This document shows positions 19,264 through 28,947 of a stretch of DNA of 64,000 bases, piece by piece. The position numbers and the translations under genes are program-made. This DNA comes from a virus, in the IMG/VR virus record IMGVR_UViG_3300035698_020241, positions 32,001-96,000 of that record; one strand, written 5' to 3'. How positions within the stretch are numbered: the stretch's first letter is position 1; each line of letters opens with the position of its first letter. Below the pieces are notes generated by a model. It searched no databases and had not been told where the DNA came from. It saw only the letters and a list, made by a program, of their open reading frames with translations.

Positions 19264-20157
19264 TTATTTTCCTTTCTTTTCAGTTTCTTTCATCATCTTC
19301 AATAGCTTAACCAATTCATCTTGAGCAGGTGCTGTATCTTTAACACTCCAAACAGACTTTTCCTCATCTTTTTCCATTGCTGATTTTACTTTATCTTGTA
19401 TCTCTGCAAGATCGGCCATAATAACTTCAGGAGTTTTTTCTACAACATATTCTTTTTCTCCCTCATCTTCATAGAAACTCTTTACAGACTTAACACCCAT
19501 TTTTCTTGATGTGTAATAATTACTAATTGCAGTATTCATAGTGTGTTTTGCATCATTGACACCTTTAGAGGTAGCGTCAAATGACATAGTATTACCAGCA
19601 CCCATACTGAAACCTGTAACAGCTGTTGCCTCAACATCAATATTAGCTCCCAGAAATGTGAATGTCCAGTTACCTTGTTTCTCAAGTTTCTCAATCTTCT
19701 CTTTTATCATAATACGGCCTGGTTCTCTTTTGAACTCTTGTGATGCATTCTCACCACCATCTGTTATGATTATGAAAAGAACTGAATGATCTTTTGATAG
19801 GTCTTTTATATACTCATTCTTTTCAAATTTAGATATTGTCAATCCTATAGCATCGTATAATGCTGTCAGACCGCCTGTCCAATAACCATTAAGTTCGGCA
19901 ACATTTTCAAGATATGTATCAAGATGTCGTGTTTTTATTTCATTATCAAACTCAACAACCGTTATCAGTGTTTTGATACCCTCTGTCTCTTCCTTTATCT
20001 TTTTAATTTGATCATTGAAATTATCCATTGATTCTTTTCTGATATTTGACATTGAACCACTATGGTCCATAATGAATACAACATGATTTACAGCCTCAGG
20101 TTTTTCACCTGTTATAGCCTCTTCCAATAAATCAAACAAATTTTTTTGTTCTTCCAT
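19264..20157 (-). CDS. von Willebrand factor A domain protein
   Basis: FIMDHSGSM (MIDAS), TALYDAIG, IITDGGENAS and FLGAN. Confidence 0.88.
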   Translation of the reverse strand: MEEQKNLFDLLEEAITGEKPEAVNHVVFIMDHSGSMSNIRKESMDNFNDQIKKIKEETEGIKTLITVVEFDNEIKTRHLDTYLENVAELNGYWTGGLTALYDAIGLTISKFEKNEYIKDLSKDHSVLFIIITDGGENASQEFKREPGRIMIKEKIEKLEKQGNWTFTFLGANIDVEATAVTGFSMGAGNTMSFDATSKGVNDAKHTMNTAISNYYTSRKMGVKSVKSFYEDEGEKEYVVEKTPEVIMADLAEIQDKVKSAMEKDEEKSVWSVKDTAPAQDELVKLLKMMKETEKKGK

Positions 20158-20170
20158 TACAAATTCTCCT

Positions 20171-20704
20171 TTATGATGTTAACATTTCATCTATCTTATC
20201 TATTAAATCGTTATTTATTATATCAGGTAAATTATCAAATGATTTTACAAATTCTATATCAGGTAAATCATCAAAATCTTCGGATATTTCACCAGCTAAT
20301 TCTTTAAATGGTATCTTCATACCTCTACCAACTTCTGCCTTTATATCTACAAGTATTTCACCATCATATTCTCTAAAGTCAGGTGTTCCTTTTAATAATG
20401 TTTTAGCCCAATTTATAATAAATTTTCTATTTTTTGGATTCAGAATATATGTGTTTATTGACCAAAAATTATCACCGTATCTTCTTATTCTAATCCAACC
20501 ACGATTAACTAACATTAAAATTATAGATTCTCTTGCTTTTCCTTCTTGACCCATTCTTTCATTATACTTCTCATATTGATCTTTTATAAACTCTTTTGAA
20601 ATACCAAACTTATTGGGATTTCTAATAATTGCTGTTATGTGGTTAGACACATAAACAACCTTACCTTTTGGACTTATGAAATATGCAGGACTAAATCCAG
20701 CCAT
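20171..20704 (-). CDS. Hypothetical protein
   Basis: ORF with RBS. Confidence 0.65.
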   Translation of the reverse strand: MAGFSPAYFISPKGKVVYVSNHITAIIRNPNKFGISKEFIKDQYEKYNERMGQEGKARESIILMLVNRGWIRIRRYGDNFWSINTYILNPKNRKFIINWAKTLLKGTPDFREYDGEILVDIKAEVGRGMKIPFKELAGEISEDFDDLPDIEFVKSFDNLPDIINNDLIDKIDEMLTS

Positions 20705-20714
20705 ATTGCCTCCC

Positions 20715-21398
20715 TTAATATAATAAATTCATCGCCTTATAGAGTTTATTAGATGAGTTGGAGGGGTTAGGAATTGATATACCTTCAAGTATAATATTGA
20801 TAATTCTTCCTTTATTTCTCGTTTTCTTTAACTCTGTAAAACCTTGTAACCCTATAATTCTATTAAATCCATAATCTATAGATTTACCTGATATTGCTCC
20901 AAAATCTTCCCATTTCTTACCATTTTTACCAAATAATCCAAAATCTTTACCTATTCTAGCGACTATAGCATCTTGTTTATACTTTCTTGCCATTTCAAGT
21001 GTAACATCAAAAAATTTTGGATTTTTTTGATCGTTTAATATAAGCCATGATTCTTCAAGTGTGTCTTGTATCTTACCATCATATTCAGAACATTTATCAA
21101 TTGTTATATTATCAGGTAATTCAACACTACATTCTTTCCAATGACCAACTAATCTATACGCGCCATATGCTTTTATATTTCCAAGTTTCTGTCTTAATGA
21201 TTTTATTAGAGAATTATTATTTTGTTGATTCTGTTTATATGTATTATTCTTTCTAAATGCAGTAATCATCACAAAATCATCATCACCTTTAAGTTTTGAT
21301 AGTATTCTGCTTAAAGACGCTCCTGATTCTAATAATGTTCTTTCTTCAATTTCATTATCTTGTTTATATATTAATTCTAAATAATTTTTAAATTTCAC
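20715..21398 (-). CDS. Hypothetical phage protein
   Basis: ORF beginning MKFKNYLE. Confidence 0.65.
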   Translation of the reverse strand: MKFKNYLELIYKQDNEIEERTLLESGASLSRILSKLKGDDDFVMITAFRKNNTYKQNQQNNNSLIKSLRQKLGNIKAYGAYRLVGHWKECSVELPDNITIDKCSEYDGKIQDTLEESWLILNDQKNPKFFDVTLEMARKYKQDAIVARIGKDFGLFGKNGKKWEDFGAISGKSIDYGFNRIIGLQGFTELKKTRNKGRIINIILEGISIPNPSNSSNKLYKAMNLLY

Positions 21399-22021
21399 TA
21401 TAGTTTATCCTTTAACTTTTTTAAAAAATTCTCTGAACCTTTTAAACTTAATATTATATCTCTATATTGTTCAATAATATATGGCACTTGTACTCTCTCA
21501 TCATCCGTTAAGTTTAACATTTTCATATGTATCAACCAGACAATAAAATACTTATCAACTTTATTATTAAGATAATGATAAACAACAAGTTTCAATTCAT
21601 CTTTTTCTATCATACAATAACGACTAACAGAGGATATGGTTTTCTCCTTCATGTATAGTTTTACAAACTTTAAGGAATTGATTATTCCTTCTTTAGTCAT
21701 TCGTATATCTCTTTTTATATGTTTATCGTGTTGTATATATAAGTTTATTATTCTTTGATCAAAAAATTGAACATATGTAAATGATTTAAGTATTTCAAAT
21801 CCACATTGCATGAATCTATATACATCTATTTTATTCCATTTTGTGTTGAAATATTTGGAAGCAAGTGTCAACGCCTCTCTATTCTTATCTGACATTTTCT
21901 TTTGAAAATGGTCGTCCCAGTTCTTTGGCATTCTATAAGGTCTATTCTTAGACTCTGCCTGGGCCCGTCTAAATCCAAAATATATATCATATTCAGTTAT
22001 CATATTATAATTATACACCAA
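21398..22021 (-). CDS. Hypothetical protein, possibly gp59-like helicase loader
   Basis: Size, composition and position near gp32; assignment weak. Confidence 0.45.
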   Translation of the reverse strand: MVYNYNMITEYDIYFGFRRAQAESKNRPYRMPKNWDDHFQKKMSDKNREALTLASKYFNTKWNKIDVYRFMQCGFEILKSFTYVQFFDQRIINLYIQHDKHIKRDIRMTKEGIINSLKFVKLYMKEKTISSVSRYCMIEKDELKLVVYHYLNNKVDKYFIVWLIHMKMLNLTDDERVQVPYIIEQYRDIILSLKGSENFLKKLKDKL

Positions 22022-22064
22022 AATTTAGTATTTGTAAACAAATTCAGTTATAGTAATATTATTA

Positions 22065-22304
22065 CTATGCTACTTCATCAGGAGGTATAGTTGATCCGCC
22101 TTTTTCTACATCTACACACCAAACTCCATTTTTATTTTCATAAGCATTTGAGTCACATGTAAAAATAGTTTCACAATGTCCATTTTTCACAGGGTCATCA
22201 TTAGGTTCAAACATTTTAAATATATCACCTTTTCGTAAAAAGGACATGCTTGTACTTTCCCATTTATCTCCGACTTTTTTAAAAACCTTTCTTTTGAGAT
22301 TCAT
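22065..22304 (-). CDS. Hypothetical protein
   Basis: ORF with RBS. Confidence 0.6.
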   Translation of the reverse strand: MNLKRKVFKKVGDKWESTSMSFLRKGDIFKMFEPNDDPVKNGHCETIFTCDSNAYENKNGVWCVDVEKGGSTIPPDEVA

Positions 22305-22557
22305 AAAATTTCTCCTTTATTCTTATTGCTTCTGTGCAGATATCACAAAAATATCTAACTGAATAAGGTCTTTTACAATAAATACGACTTATTATTAATA
22401 ATCCTTTGTTAGTAACAAACTTATTAGTTTCTACTTTGTTAAGTTTTGTATTACCTACTACTCCATTGGTTTTTGAACTTATATAAAATTTAACATCATT
22501 CATCTTATATGAATGAAACTGACATAAAGGATTAGCACAAAACTCTTTTTGTATCAT
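22279..22557 (-). CDS. Hypothetical protein
   Basis: Probable start MIQKEF overlapping the upstream stop (TAATG). Confidence 0.55.
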   Translation of the reverse strand: MIQKEFCANPLCQFHSYKMNDVKFYISSKTNGVVGNTKLNKVETNKFVTNKGLLIISRIYCKRPYSVRYFCDICTEAIRIKEKFYESQKKGF

Positions 22558-23678
22558 TATTTTCCGTTCTTTTTTGGTAATCTTTTTCCAAAAAGTTTCA
22601 AGTATGTATTTAAATATCGTTTCAAATTGTTTCCTTCTTCCCACCATAATTGTGTTCCTACAGCCTCCCTATCTTTCTTATATGTTTTAGCTCTTTGATC
22701 TATATCACCTGCAAGAAGTTCAATATGACTTATCATTTCTTCATCAGTTTTAGCTCTTAACTTTGTGTTTTTATAAGGGTATACATCACTGAATACACCT
22801 GGCGCTCCACATGCAGAGAATTCTAACATCTTAATATTACTCTTACAACTATTGAATACACTATCTTCCAATGGAGCTATACATATATCAGGCTCTATTG
22901 ATTTCATAACATGTGGATAATTAAATACTGATGCCCATGGTACGAATGTTATTTTATTCTTTATATTATTGAGTTCCTCAGGCATAGCACCCATAAACAC
23001 CCAATCATATTTATCCGTTGTTTTTCTTATGAAGTTTAATAATCCGTTACTAAAGTCTCCACCTTTTATACCTTTTTTTACCATCTTTTTCAAAGCAAAA
23101 TGATTCTGTGAACCTCCCCAAAAAATACGAGGCCTTCTTTCTCTTGGTTCATTATGATGTTTAGGATATATATCACCCCAAATAAATTTTGGAAGATGAT
23201 TTGGTATAACCTCTATTCTTTTATTATATTCTGAATATATTTTCTTTAGTGGCTCTGTGGAACATATCATACCATCAGCCCACGACATCATTCTTTTAAC
23301 ATTTTCTTCATTCTTAACATAATAATCACTGGCAAAATTCCATGAAGGTATGCCAAGTAATAGATCATCAATTTCATATATTACAGGTATTTTTATTTTT
23401 TTCTGGATTTTTTCTTTATAATGTGCAAAGATTTTAACATGTTCGGATGTTGACGCTCTTTGGAATTGAACATATGATATATTTTTATAAAAGCCTATAT
23501 CAGATGCATAATGACCAATCATTTCTGTGCTCGCTTGAACACCATTCTCACGATAATGATTTAATAATAAATACGGGTAAATCATACGGATTGTACCACA
23601 TCCTTGAGTATCTCCTAGGTAACCTAGGAATGATAATCTGGTAGGTGTCTTAATTACTTCTAATTTCTTTATACTCAT
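22557..23678 (-). CDS. GT-B fold (GT4-like) glycosyltransferase
   Basis: YEIDD and DICIAPLEDSVFNSCKSNIKMLEF...G.P. Confidence 0.85.
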   Translation of the reverse strand: MSIKKLEVIKTPTRLSFLGYLGDTQGCGTIRMIYPYLLLNHYRENGVQASTEMIGHYASDIGFYKNISYVQFQRASTSEHVKIFAHYKEKIQKKIKIPVIYEIDDLLLGIPSWNFASDYYVKNEENVKRMMSWADGMICSTEPLKKIYSEYNKRIEVIPNHLPKFIWGDIYPKHHNEPRERRPRIFWGGSQNHFALKKMVKKGIKGGDFSNGLLNFIRKTTDKYDWVFMGAMPEELNNIKNKITFVPWASVFNYPHVMKSIEPDICIAPLEDSVFNSCKSNIKMLEFSACGAPGVFSDVYPYKNTKLRAKTDEEMISHIELLAGDIDQRAKTYKKDREAVGTQLWWEEGNNLKRYLNTYLKLFGKRLPKKNGK

Positions 23679-23681
23679 ATT

Positions 23682-23915
23682 TCACAGTTTCTCCTCTACA
23701 AAATGTATGGACATTATATCATCAAAACTAATATCCTGTTCTAATATATTATCTATAATATTATTGAATATCATTGACAATACTTCTTTCTCCATTGATT
23801 TACCAAAAAGTTTATACATTTTTGATTCATCTGTTTTCTTGAAGGTGGTGTATAATTTAACACTACTACCATCCTTCATATTTACTTCAACACATTTTTC
23901 TTTAACTTCTGACAT
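23682..23915 (-). CDS. Hypothetical protein
   Basis: Probable start MSEVKE after an AGGAG RBS. Confidence 0.55.
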   Translation of the reverse strand: MSEVKEKCVEVNMKDGSSVKLYTTFKKTDESKMYKLFGKSMEKEVLSMIFNNIIDNILEQDISFDDIMSIHFVEEKL

Positions 23916-23931
23916 CTTATCTCCTAAATAG

Positions 23932-24432
23932 TTACTTGTATAACTCCTCAAGTACTTTTTCTATACCTAATTTTTCCATTTTCTTTCTGATAAACTCCAT
24001 TACAGTTGGAGCAACTGGTTTTACTCTCAAATACATACCAATCTCTCGGCAGGTTTTATCCTCTTTTTTATTGTTACATGGTTTACATGCAGCAACACAA
24101 TTCTCAAAAGTAGATTTACCTCCCTTAGCTTTTGGTATTATATGATCTATAGTCAACTTTGAAGGCTTTGCTCCACAGTATGCGCAAGTAAGTCCGTCTC
24201 TTATTATAACAGCTCTTTTACTGAACGGTACTTTGCTTCTATAAAGAGTTCTAATAAGTTTAACAAGTTTCATTACTAAAGGTATTTGATAAACAGATGT
24301 AATAGTATTCATTACATCTTTAGAATATTTCAATACTTCTACTTTACCTTTAGCCACCATCTTAAATGCCTTTTTGATACTAACAACATTTAAAAATGTA
24401 TGATCAGAATTTAGAATTATACAATTAGTCAT
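23932..24432 (-). CDS. HNH endonuclease (McrA-like)
   Basis: RDGLTCAYCG...TIDHIIPKAKGG...ENCVAACKPCNNKK. Confidence 0.9.
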   Translation of the reverse strand: MTNCIILNSDHTFLNVVSIKKAFKMVAKGKVEVLKYSKDVMNTITSVYQIPLVMKLVKLIRTLYRSKVPFSKRAVIIRDGLTCAYCGAKPSKLTIDHIIPKAKGGKSTFENCVAACKPCNNKKEDKTCREIGMYLRVKPVAPTVMEFIRKKMEKLGIEKVLEELYK

Positions 24433-24433
24433 G

Positions 24434-24718
24434 CTATCTCCTTTCAGATTTTAAATCAATTACTCCTGCATCCATAATCCTTTTTGCTATGGTTGGTTTA
24501 TCTGCAAGCATTCTAAGGAACTTTCTATAATCCTCTGATGCCTCTGTTTTTGTATATCTTGTTTCTATACCCAATTTTTCAACTGTGATATAATCTTGTC
24601 CTATTTTACAAAAAACACATTCTTTATCGTCTTCTTTCCCTGGTGATACTATTTGTCCTGGTATTACCCACATGAAATCAGGTACAAAAAAGTGTTTACA
24701 TTTTACACATTGTGACAT
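24434..24718 (-). CDS. Hypothetical zinc-binding protein
   Basis: Two CxxC pairs. Confidence 0.6.
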   Translation of the reverse strand: MSQCVKCKHFFVPDFMWVIPGQIVSPGKEDDKECVFCKIGQDYITVEKLGIETRYTKTEASEDYRKFLRMLADKPTIAKRIMDAGVIDLKSERR

Positions 24719-24727
24719 TACTCCTCC

Positions 24728-25135
24728 TTATAACAGAGTTAAATCTCCTGTTATAACATCTATTTTTTTATTATTTCCTGGTCCCACAGCCAAGCATGTA
24801 ATGGTAGGCACACCTTTAAACTCTGTAAGTCCTGCATCTTTTATAAGTGCATGCGGCACTTCATGAAATAAACATTCATCCCTAAGTGTGAGTAATTCCA
24901 ACTCACTTTTCACATATACAACTATCTTTGTATATCTATCTCTTAACCATAACCTCATTGGATCATCATAATCCATTGTAAGTTTCAAATGCATTTGGCC
25001 TTCAAAATTTGAACATCGCATTCTATCAAGCATAACCCTCATAGAGGCATGTGCCACTTGAGCACACATTTTACCTTTCCTCATATTAAGGTCCTTTCTT
25101 ACAACTATAACTTGTTTTACATTGCCATCTTCCAT
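24728..25135 (-). CDS. pth2: Peptidyl-tRNA hydrolase type 2
   Basis: KQVIVVRKDL.M.KGK..AQVAHAS, KIVV, DAGLTE, TCLAVGP and ID.ITGDL.LL. Confidence 0.92.
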   Translation of the reverse strand: MEDGNVKQVIVVRKDLNMRKGKMCAQVAHASMRVMLDRMRCSNFEGQMHLKLTMDYDDPMRLWLRDRYTKIVVYVKSELELLTLRDECLFHEVPHALIKDAGLTEFKGVPTITCLAVGPGNNKKIDVITGDLTLL

Positions 25136-25171
25136 ATTTATCCTTTTTTACCAATTATAAATACTATAAAA

Positions 25172-25960
25172 TTAAGTATCTAATATCACCATAAGTTGTT
25201 CGTATGATATAATATCAATACCATATTTCCTCGCCTTTTTGGACTTACCACTCTGACTATCAGGATCATCAGTTACCAACATATTAACATCTTTACTTAT
25301 ACCCTTTACGGTTCCACCAAGAGATTCTATTTTCTTTTTAATAGCAGGTCTACTCATGTTTCCCTTACCTGTAAGAGTGAATTTCTTACCCTGTAATTTC
25401 TGTCCTACCTCAAACTTCAAACCTTGTTCAAGAAGAAATGTATATAATGGATAAAATTTACCACGATTTATAACAATGGATTCTGCTATAACCTCACCTA
25501 TACCATCTATATCCTCAAAGAAATCTTCATCATCTGAGAAAAATTGTAACATCATATCTTTAGGTGATATATCAGAATATGTATCACATATTGACTTACC
25601 AACCGATCTACCAACATTAGGCATTCCAAATGCTGATATCAGTTTATTTGGAGTAGTTCGTAATGTTCCTTGAATCTCATTAACGATCTGTTCTCCTCGT
25701 TTCATTCCGAAACCTTCTATCGTTGCAATTTCAAACTCATCAATCTCATACGCTTTCTGTATAGTGTTAATATTTAATTTCTTGAGGGTTTTTTCAGTTA
25801 TATACTCTGCTCCAAGGCGTACCAAAAAGTGTTCAACTTCTTTATAGGCTTTAGCAAGACAATCTACATTATTACATACCATATCAACACCTCTTGGAAC
25901 AGCACGGCCTCCACATGATGGACAAAATTCCGGAACATAATTAAAACCATTCATTTTCAT
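25172..25960 (-). CDS. ligA: NAD-dependent DNA ligase, C-terminal part (Zn finger, HhH, BRCT)
   Basis: CPSCG...C....C, EGFGMKRG, GMPNVG, DGIGEV, KFTLTG and SGKSKKARKYGI. Confidence 0.85.
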   Translation of the reverse strand: MKMNGFNYVPEFCPSCGGRAVPRGVDMVCNNVDCLAKAYKEVEHFLVRLGAEYITEKTLKKLNINTIQKAYEIDEFEIATIEGFGMKRGEQIVNEIQGTLRTTPNKLISAFGMPNVGRSVGKSICDTYSDISPKDMMLQFFSDDEDFFEDIDGIGEVIAESIVINRGKFYPLYTFLLEQGLKFEVGQKLQGKKFTLTGKGNMSRPAIKKKIESLGGTVKGISKDVNMLVTDDPDSQSGKSKKARKYGIDIISYEQLMVILDT

Positions 25961-26091
25961 ATCCTTTCACACATGTATCCCTTATTATTAGCATTACATT
26001 TATGGCCTTTTATTCTATCATTTAATGTTCTTATTGTTTGTCCTACGTAAGACTTTCCTGTAATTTTGTTTATTGATTTATATATTATCAT
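25957..26091 (-). pseudogene. 44-aa GIY-YIG endonuclease remnant between the two ligase halves
   Basis: MIIYKSINKITGKSYVGQTIRTLNDRIKGH aligns with MIIYKVKNKINSKCYIGQTKFDLDNRIKEH of 16642..17448; ATGA overlaps on both sides. Confidence 0.8.
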
Positions 26092-27125
26092 TTATAAACC
26101 TTTGAAATGAAAGGTATTACATCACCAGATCTCTGGATATCAATCATTGATCCTTTACATATTTTATTCTCTTGGATGTATTTTGCATTATGACCTGTGG
26201 CCCTTTGTATACTAACACCGTTTATTATAATAGTTTTAACAATAACTGTTGGAATTATTCTTCCAGTTCGTGAGGTATTCCATTCAACATCTATAACCTC
26301 TGTTTTAACACCTTTTTCATTTACTTTGAACGCTATTTTATTTTCAGGATAAAGAACATCCTCTCTTACATAATTGTCAGGTGTAATAACAAGACCATCA
26401 ATATCTTTCAGGTGAGATTTACACATCGTCAAGAAGTCTGTTAAAGATTCTATAACATCTGGAGAATTTGACATATGCATAATATTAGGAGTTTTCAATC
26501 CCATACTTTGCATCAATGTGAATTTGCTTATTTCACTATCATGTTCAACAGAACCCCCATCAAGTATCTCATAGAAGTATGGAACTATATATTTTGCATT
26601 CTTTATACCATCTTTATTCAGTATACCTGCAGTGCCATTTCTACGAGTTTTAAATCCAAGTTTCTTATGTGTGTCTCCTATCAACATAGCTTCACATCTG
26701 AAGGAAAAGTTATGTTTAAGATTTTTTATAACAGGACAGAACATCTTTGCCTTATCTGTTATATCACTACCCTGATAGCCATCACCTCTGGTTGTAGCAG
26801 AAATAACCTTACCGTCTTTAAATCCATATGTAACCATGAAACTTACACCATCAAGTTTTTCTGATATACAATGTGGTCCTGGGTGTTTCTCAATCCACTT
26901 TTCTATTGTATCCGTCTTTTTTTTATGAAGGCTGCCGAGTACAAAAGGTAGGTCTACCTTTTTACCAGAAATAGGAGCACCAATATCATCAAAGTAAGGA
27001 TGGTCAGGTCTTATAGCCCTTGCCTTATCTTTCAAATCATCATAATCGGCGTCTGTTATTTCAACATCACCGTTATAATAGGCATCATCGTGTTCCTTTA
27101 AGGTTCTTATCATCAAATCAAACAT
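26088..27125 (-). CDS. ligA: NAD-dependent DNA ligase, N-terminal part (adenylation and OB domains)
   Basis: HDDAYY, EKLDG, TRGDG.G.DIT, RNGTAG, IDGLVI, IAFK, SRTG, RATGHN and RSGDVIP. Confidence 0.9.
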   Translation of the reverse strand: MFDLMIRTLKEHDDAYYNGDVEITDADYDDLKDKARAIRPDHPYFDDIGAPISGKKVDLPFVLGSLHKKKTDTIEKWIEKHPGPHCISEKLDGVSFMVTYGFKDGKVISATTRGDGYQGSDITDKAKMFCPVIKNLKHNFSFRCEAMLIGDTHKKLGFKTRRNGTAGILNKDGIKNAKYIVPYFYEILDGGSVEHDSEISKFTLMQSMGLKTPNIMHMSNSPDVIESLTDFLTMCKSHLKDIDGLVITPDNYVREDVLYPENKIAFKVNEKGVKTEVIDVEWNTSRTGRIIPTVIVKTIIINGVSIQRATGHNAKYIQENKICKGSMIDIQRSGDVIPFISKVYK

Positions 27126-27134
27126 CTTATCTCC

Positions 27135-27476
27135 TTAGTGTAACCCATCTACAAGTCCTAATGAACTTGCAATAATCAACCAACCTTGTATATCAGTTAA
27201 ACCTTCACTAACAAACCATTCAACAGCTTTATATGGAAAATCCCTTAAAAATTCATCTTTCAAAATTTTATAATTCTGAGAATTTATTAACTCTAATATT
27301 GTTATACCGTTATCATCGGCGATCATTTTATTTAATTGTTTCTTATTTGACAACCCTTTAAATTTTTCACCAAATTTTTCACCGATTCTATCCGATTCTT
27401 CATTTGTCATGTTATTAAGAGTAACAATAGCCGCTCTTAATTCAAAAACATTATAAGGTATTTCCATCTTTTCCAT
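27135..27476 (-). CDS. Hypothetical protein
   Basis: ORF with RBS. Confidence 0.6.
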   Translation of the reverse strand: MEKMEIPYNVFELRAAIVTLNNMTNEESDRIGEKFGEKFKGLSNKKQLNKMIADDNGITILELINSQNYKILKDEFLRDFPYKAVEWFVSEGLTDIQGWLIIASSLGLVDGLH

Positions 27477-27492
27477 ATTTTTATCTCTCCTA

Positions 27493-28251
27493 TTAAACTA
27501 TATCTATATCAGAGTTTCTATCTTTTCCATCTTTTCCATCCTTTTCATCACCATATACTTCTCTTTTATGATATACATCTTCAAGTTCTTTACAAAGAAC
27601 CCTTTTTATTTTTTTTAAGTCTCCTACTTTCATATCATCCAGTTGATCATCATACATAAGTCTTTTTATAGTTGAGTCTACAACTGCTTGTCTACCCTTT
27701 GACTCACCTAATTCACCTACTGCAGAAAGAGAACGAACCGTGGCTTCCACAGAGTCACATATCATCAAAACGGCTGCCTCTATACTTTGAGGAGGACTAC
27801 ACTTATATCTGAATAAATCCTCTGGAATATCAGGGTTTATATCTATTGCCTTTTTATAAAAAAATTGTAGTACAGTACTACCATGATGCTGTGCGATTAT
27901 ATTCATCACATCCATTGGCATATCTTTTATATCCAAAAGCATAACAACACTATCACCAACATGTCTTGTAAGTATCTGATAAGATAATATAGGATCAATG
28001 TTTTCATGAATATTTTTCCCACCATTCTGATTCTCACTGAAAGCCTCAGGATAATTTATTTTACCTATATCATGGTAATGTGCCGCAACAAGTAAAGTAT
28101 CAACATCAAGTCCTAGTTTCAAAGCAACACTTTCACAAAAACTAGCAACATTCTTACAATGTTTAAAGGTACCAGGTGCTACCTCTCTAAATTTTTCAAG
28201 TAAGGGATACTTTGAATCCAAAAATTTTTTAATATCTACCTTGTCTGGCAT
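27493..28251 (-). CDS. Stand-alone HDIG domain of the PgpH/YqfF (7TM-HD) phosphodiesterase family
   Basis: APGTF.H..NVA, YHDIGK, F.ENQ, QHHG, FRY...PQS.EAA.LM.CD.VEA.VRSL and QLDD. Confidence 0.8.
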   Translation of the reverse strand: MPDKVDIKKFLDSKYPLLEKFREVAPGTFKHCKNVASFCESVALKLGLDVDTLLVAAHYHDIGKINYPEAFSENQNGGKNIHENIDPILSYQILTRHVGDSVVMLLDIKDMPMDVMNIIAQHHGSTVLQFFYKKAIDINPDIPEDLFRYKCSPPQSIEAAVLMICDSVEATVRSLSAVGELGESKGRQAVVDSTIKRLMYDDQLDDMKVGDLKKIKRVLCKELEDVYHKREVYGDEKDGKDGKDRNSDIDIV

Positions 28252-28355
28252 TTTGTTTGCTCCTTTTCATTTAATTTCTATACCTATTACTTTTATTATA
28301 TCACAGTGATCCTGTCTTGTAAACCAAAAAAACCGTAGTAATCCACGGTTGAATA

Positions 28356-28433
28356 TGGTAGCGAAGGTGGGAGTCGAACCCACAAAGACGCTTACTTTTG
28401 AGGCAAGCCGATATACCAGTTCTCTACTTCGCC
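28356..28433 (-). tRNA. tRNA-Leu(CAA)
   Basis: Cloverleaf, CT-CAA-AA loop, GTTCGAC T-loop, CCA end. Confidence 0.85.
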
Positions 28434-28434
28434 T

Positions 28435-28508
28435 TGGAAGCGATGATGGGTGACGATCCCATATACTAACGGGGTTGCAATCCGTTGCCCAGGCCGCTGG
28501 TCATCGCT
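28435..28508 (-). tRNA. tRNA-Cys(GCA), atypical T-loop
   Basis: AGCGATG/CATCGCT acceptor, TT-GCA-AC loop, T-loop ATCGTCA, CCA. Confidence 0.65.
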
Positions 28509-28520
28509 CTATGTTTTTTC

Positions 28521-28820
28521 TTATTTAAGTTTGACGCCTGTTATTTTTCTTATCATGTTCTTGAATTTATCCCAGTCCGCCGCTCTTACTATCATTTCCA
28601 TTTCTTCAATCTGTTTATGTGTAGCCTTCTGATAAAACTGGGCCATTTCCTGAAATCCTATATTAGCCTCATAAGACGCTTCATCCTTACGAGGACTTAA
28701 GATATAATTTTTAAATGTTGGCATATATTTCTTCCATTCCTTTAATCTTAAAGCACTTGTACAACTGTTTGACGGTTTCACAGGGAAACTTGTACGACTT
28801 TTCATAGTTATTTTACCCAT
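28521..28820 (-). CDS. Hypothetical protein
   Basis: ORF with RBS; the start could instead be internal (MPTFKNYIL). Confidence 0.6.
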   Translation of the reverse strand: MGKITMKSRTSFPVKPSNSCTSALRLKEWKKYMPTFKNYILSPRKDEASYEANIGFQEMAQFYQKATHKQIEEMEMIVRAADWDKFKNMIRKITGVKLK

Positions 28821-28856
28821 TTATATATCTCCTTAGATTGTTTATAAAAAGGTGTT

Positions 28857-28932
28857 TGGAGCGGGTACTTAGGAATCGAACCTAAAATCTCTAGTCGGGT
28901 AGACCATTGTAATACCATTATACCATACCTGC
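28857..28932 (-). tRNA. tRNA-Gly-like, apparent anticodon ACC, degenerate
   Basis: Gly-type D-arm, T-arm and TCCA end; mismatches in the acceptor and anticodon stems. Confidence 0.55.
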
Positions 28933-28947
28933 ACATTGTACCTTTAT

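Noticed and set aside
25957-26091. Self-splicing intron or ribosomal bypass in ligA
   Set aside because: The gap is only 135 nt, has no visible intron core, and is itself an ORF with ATGA overlaps; a split gene is the simpler reading, though splicing is not experimentally excluded.
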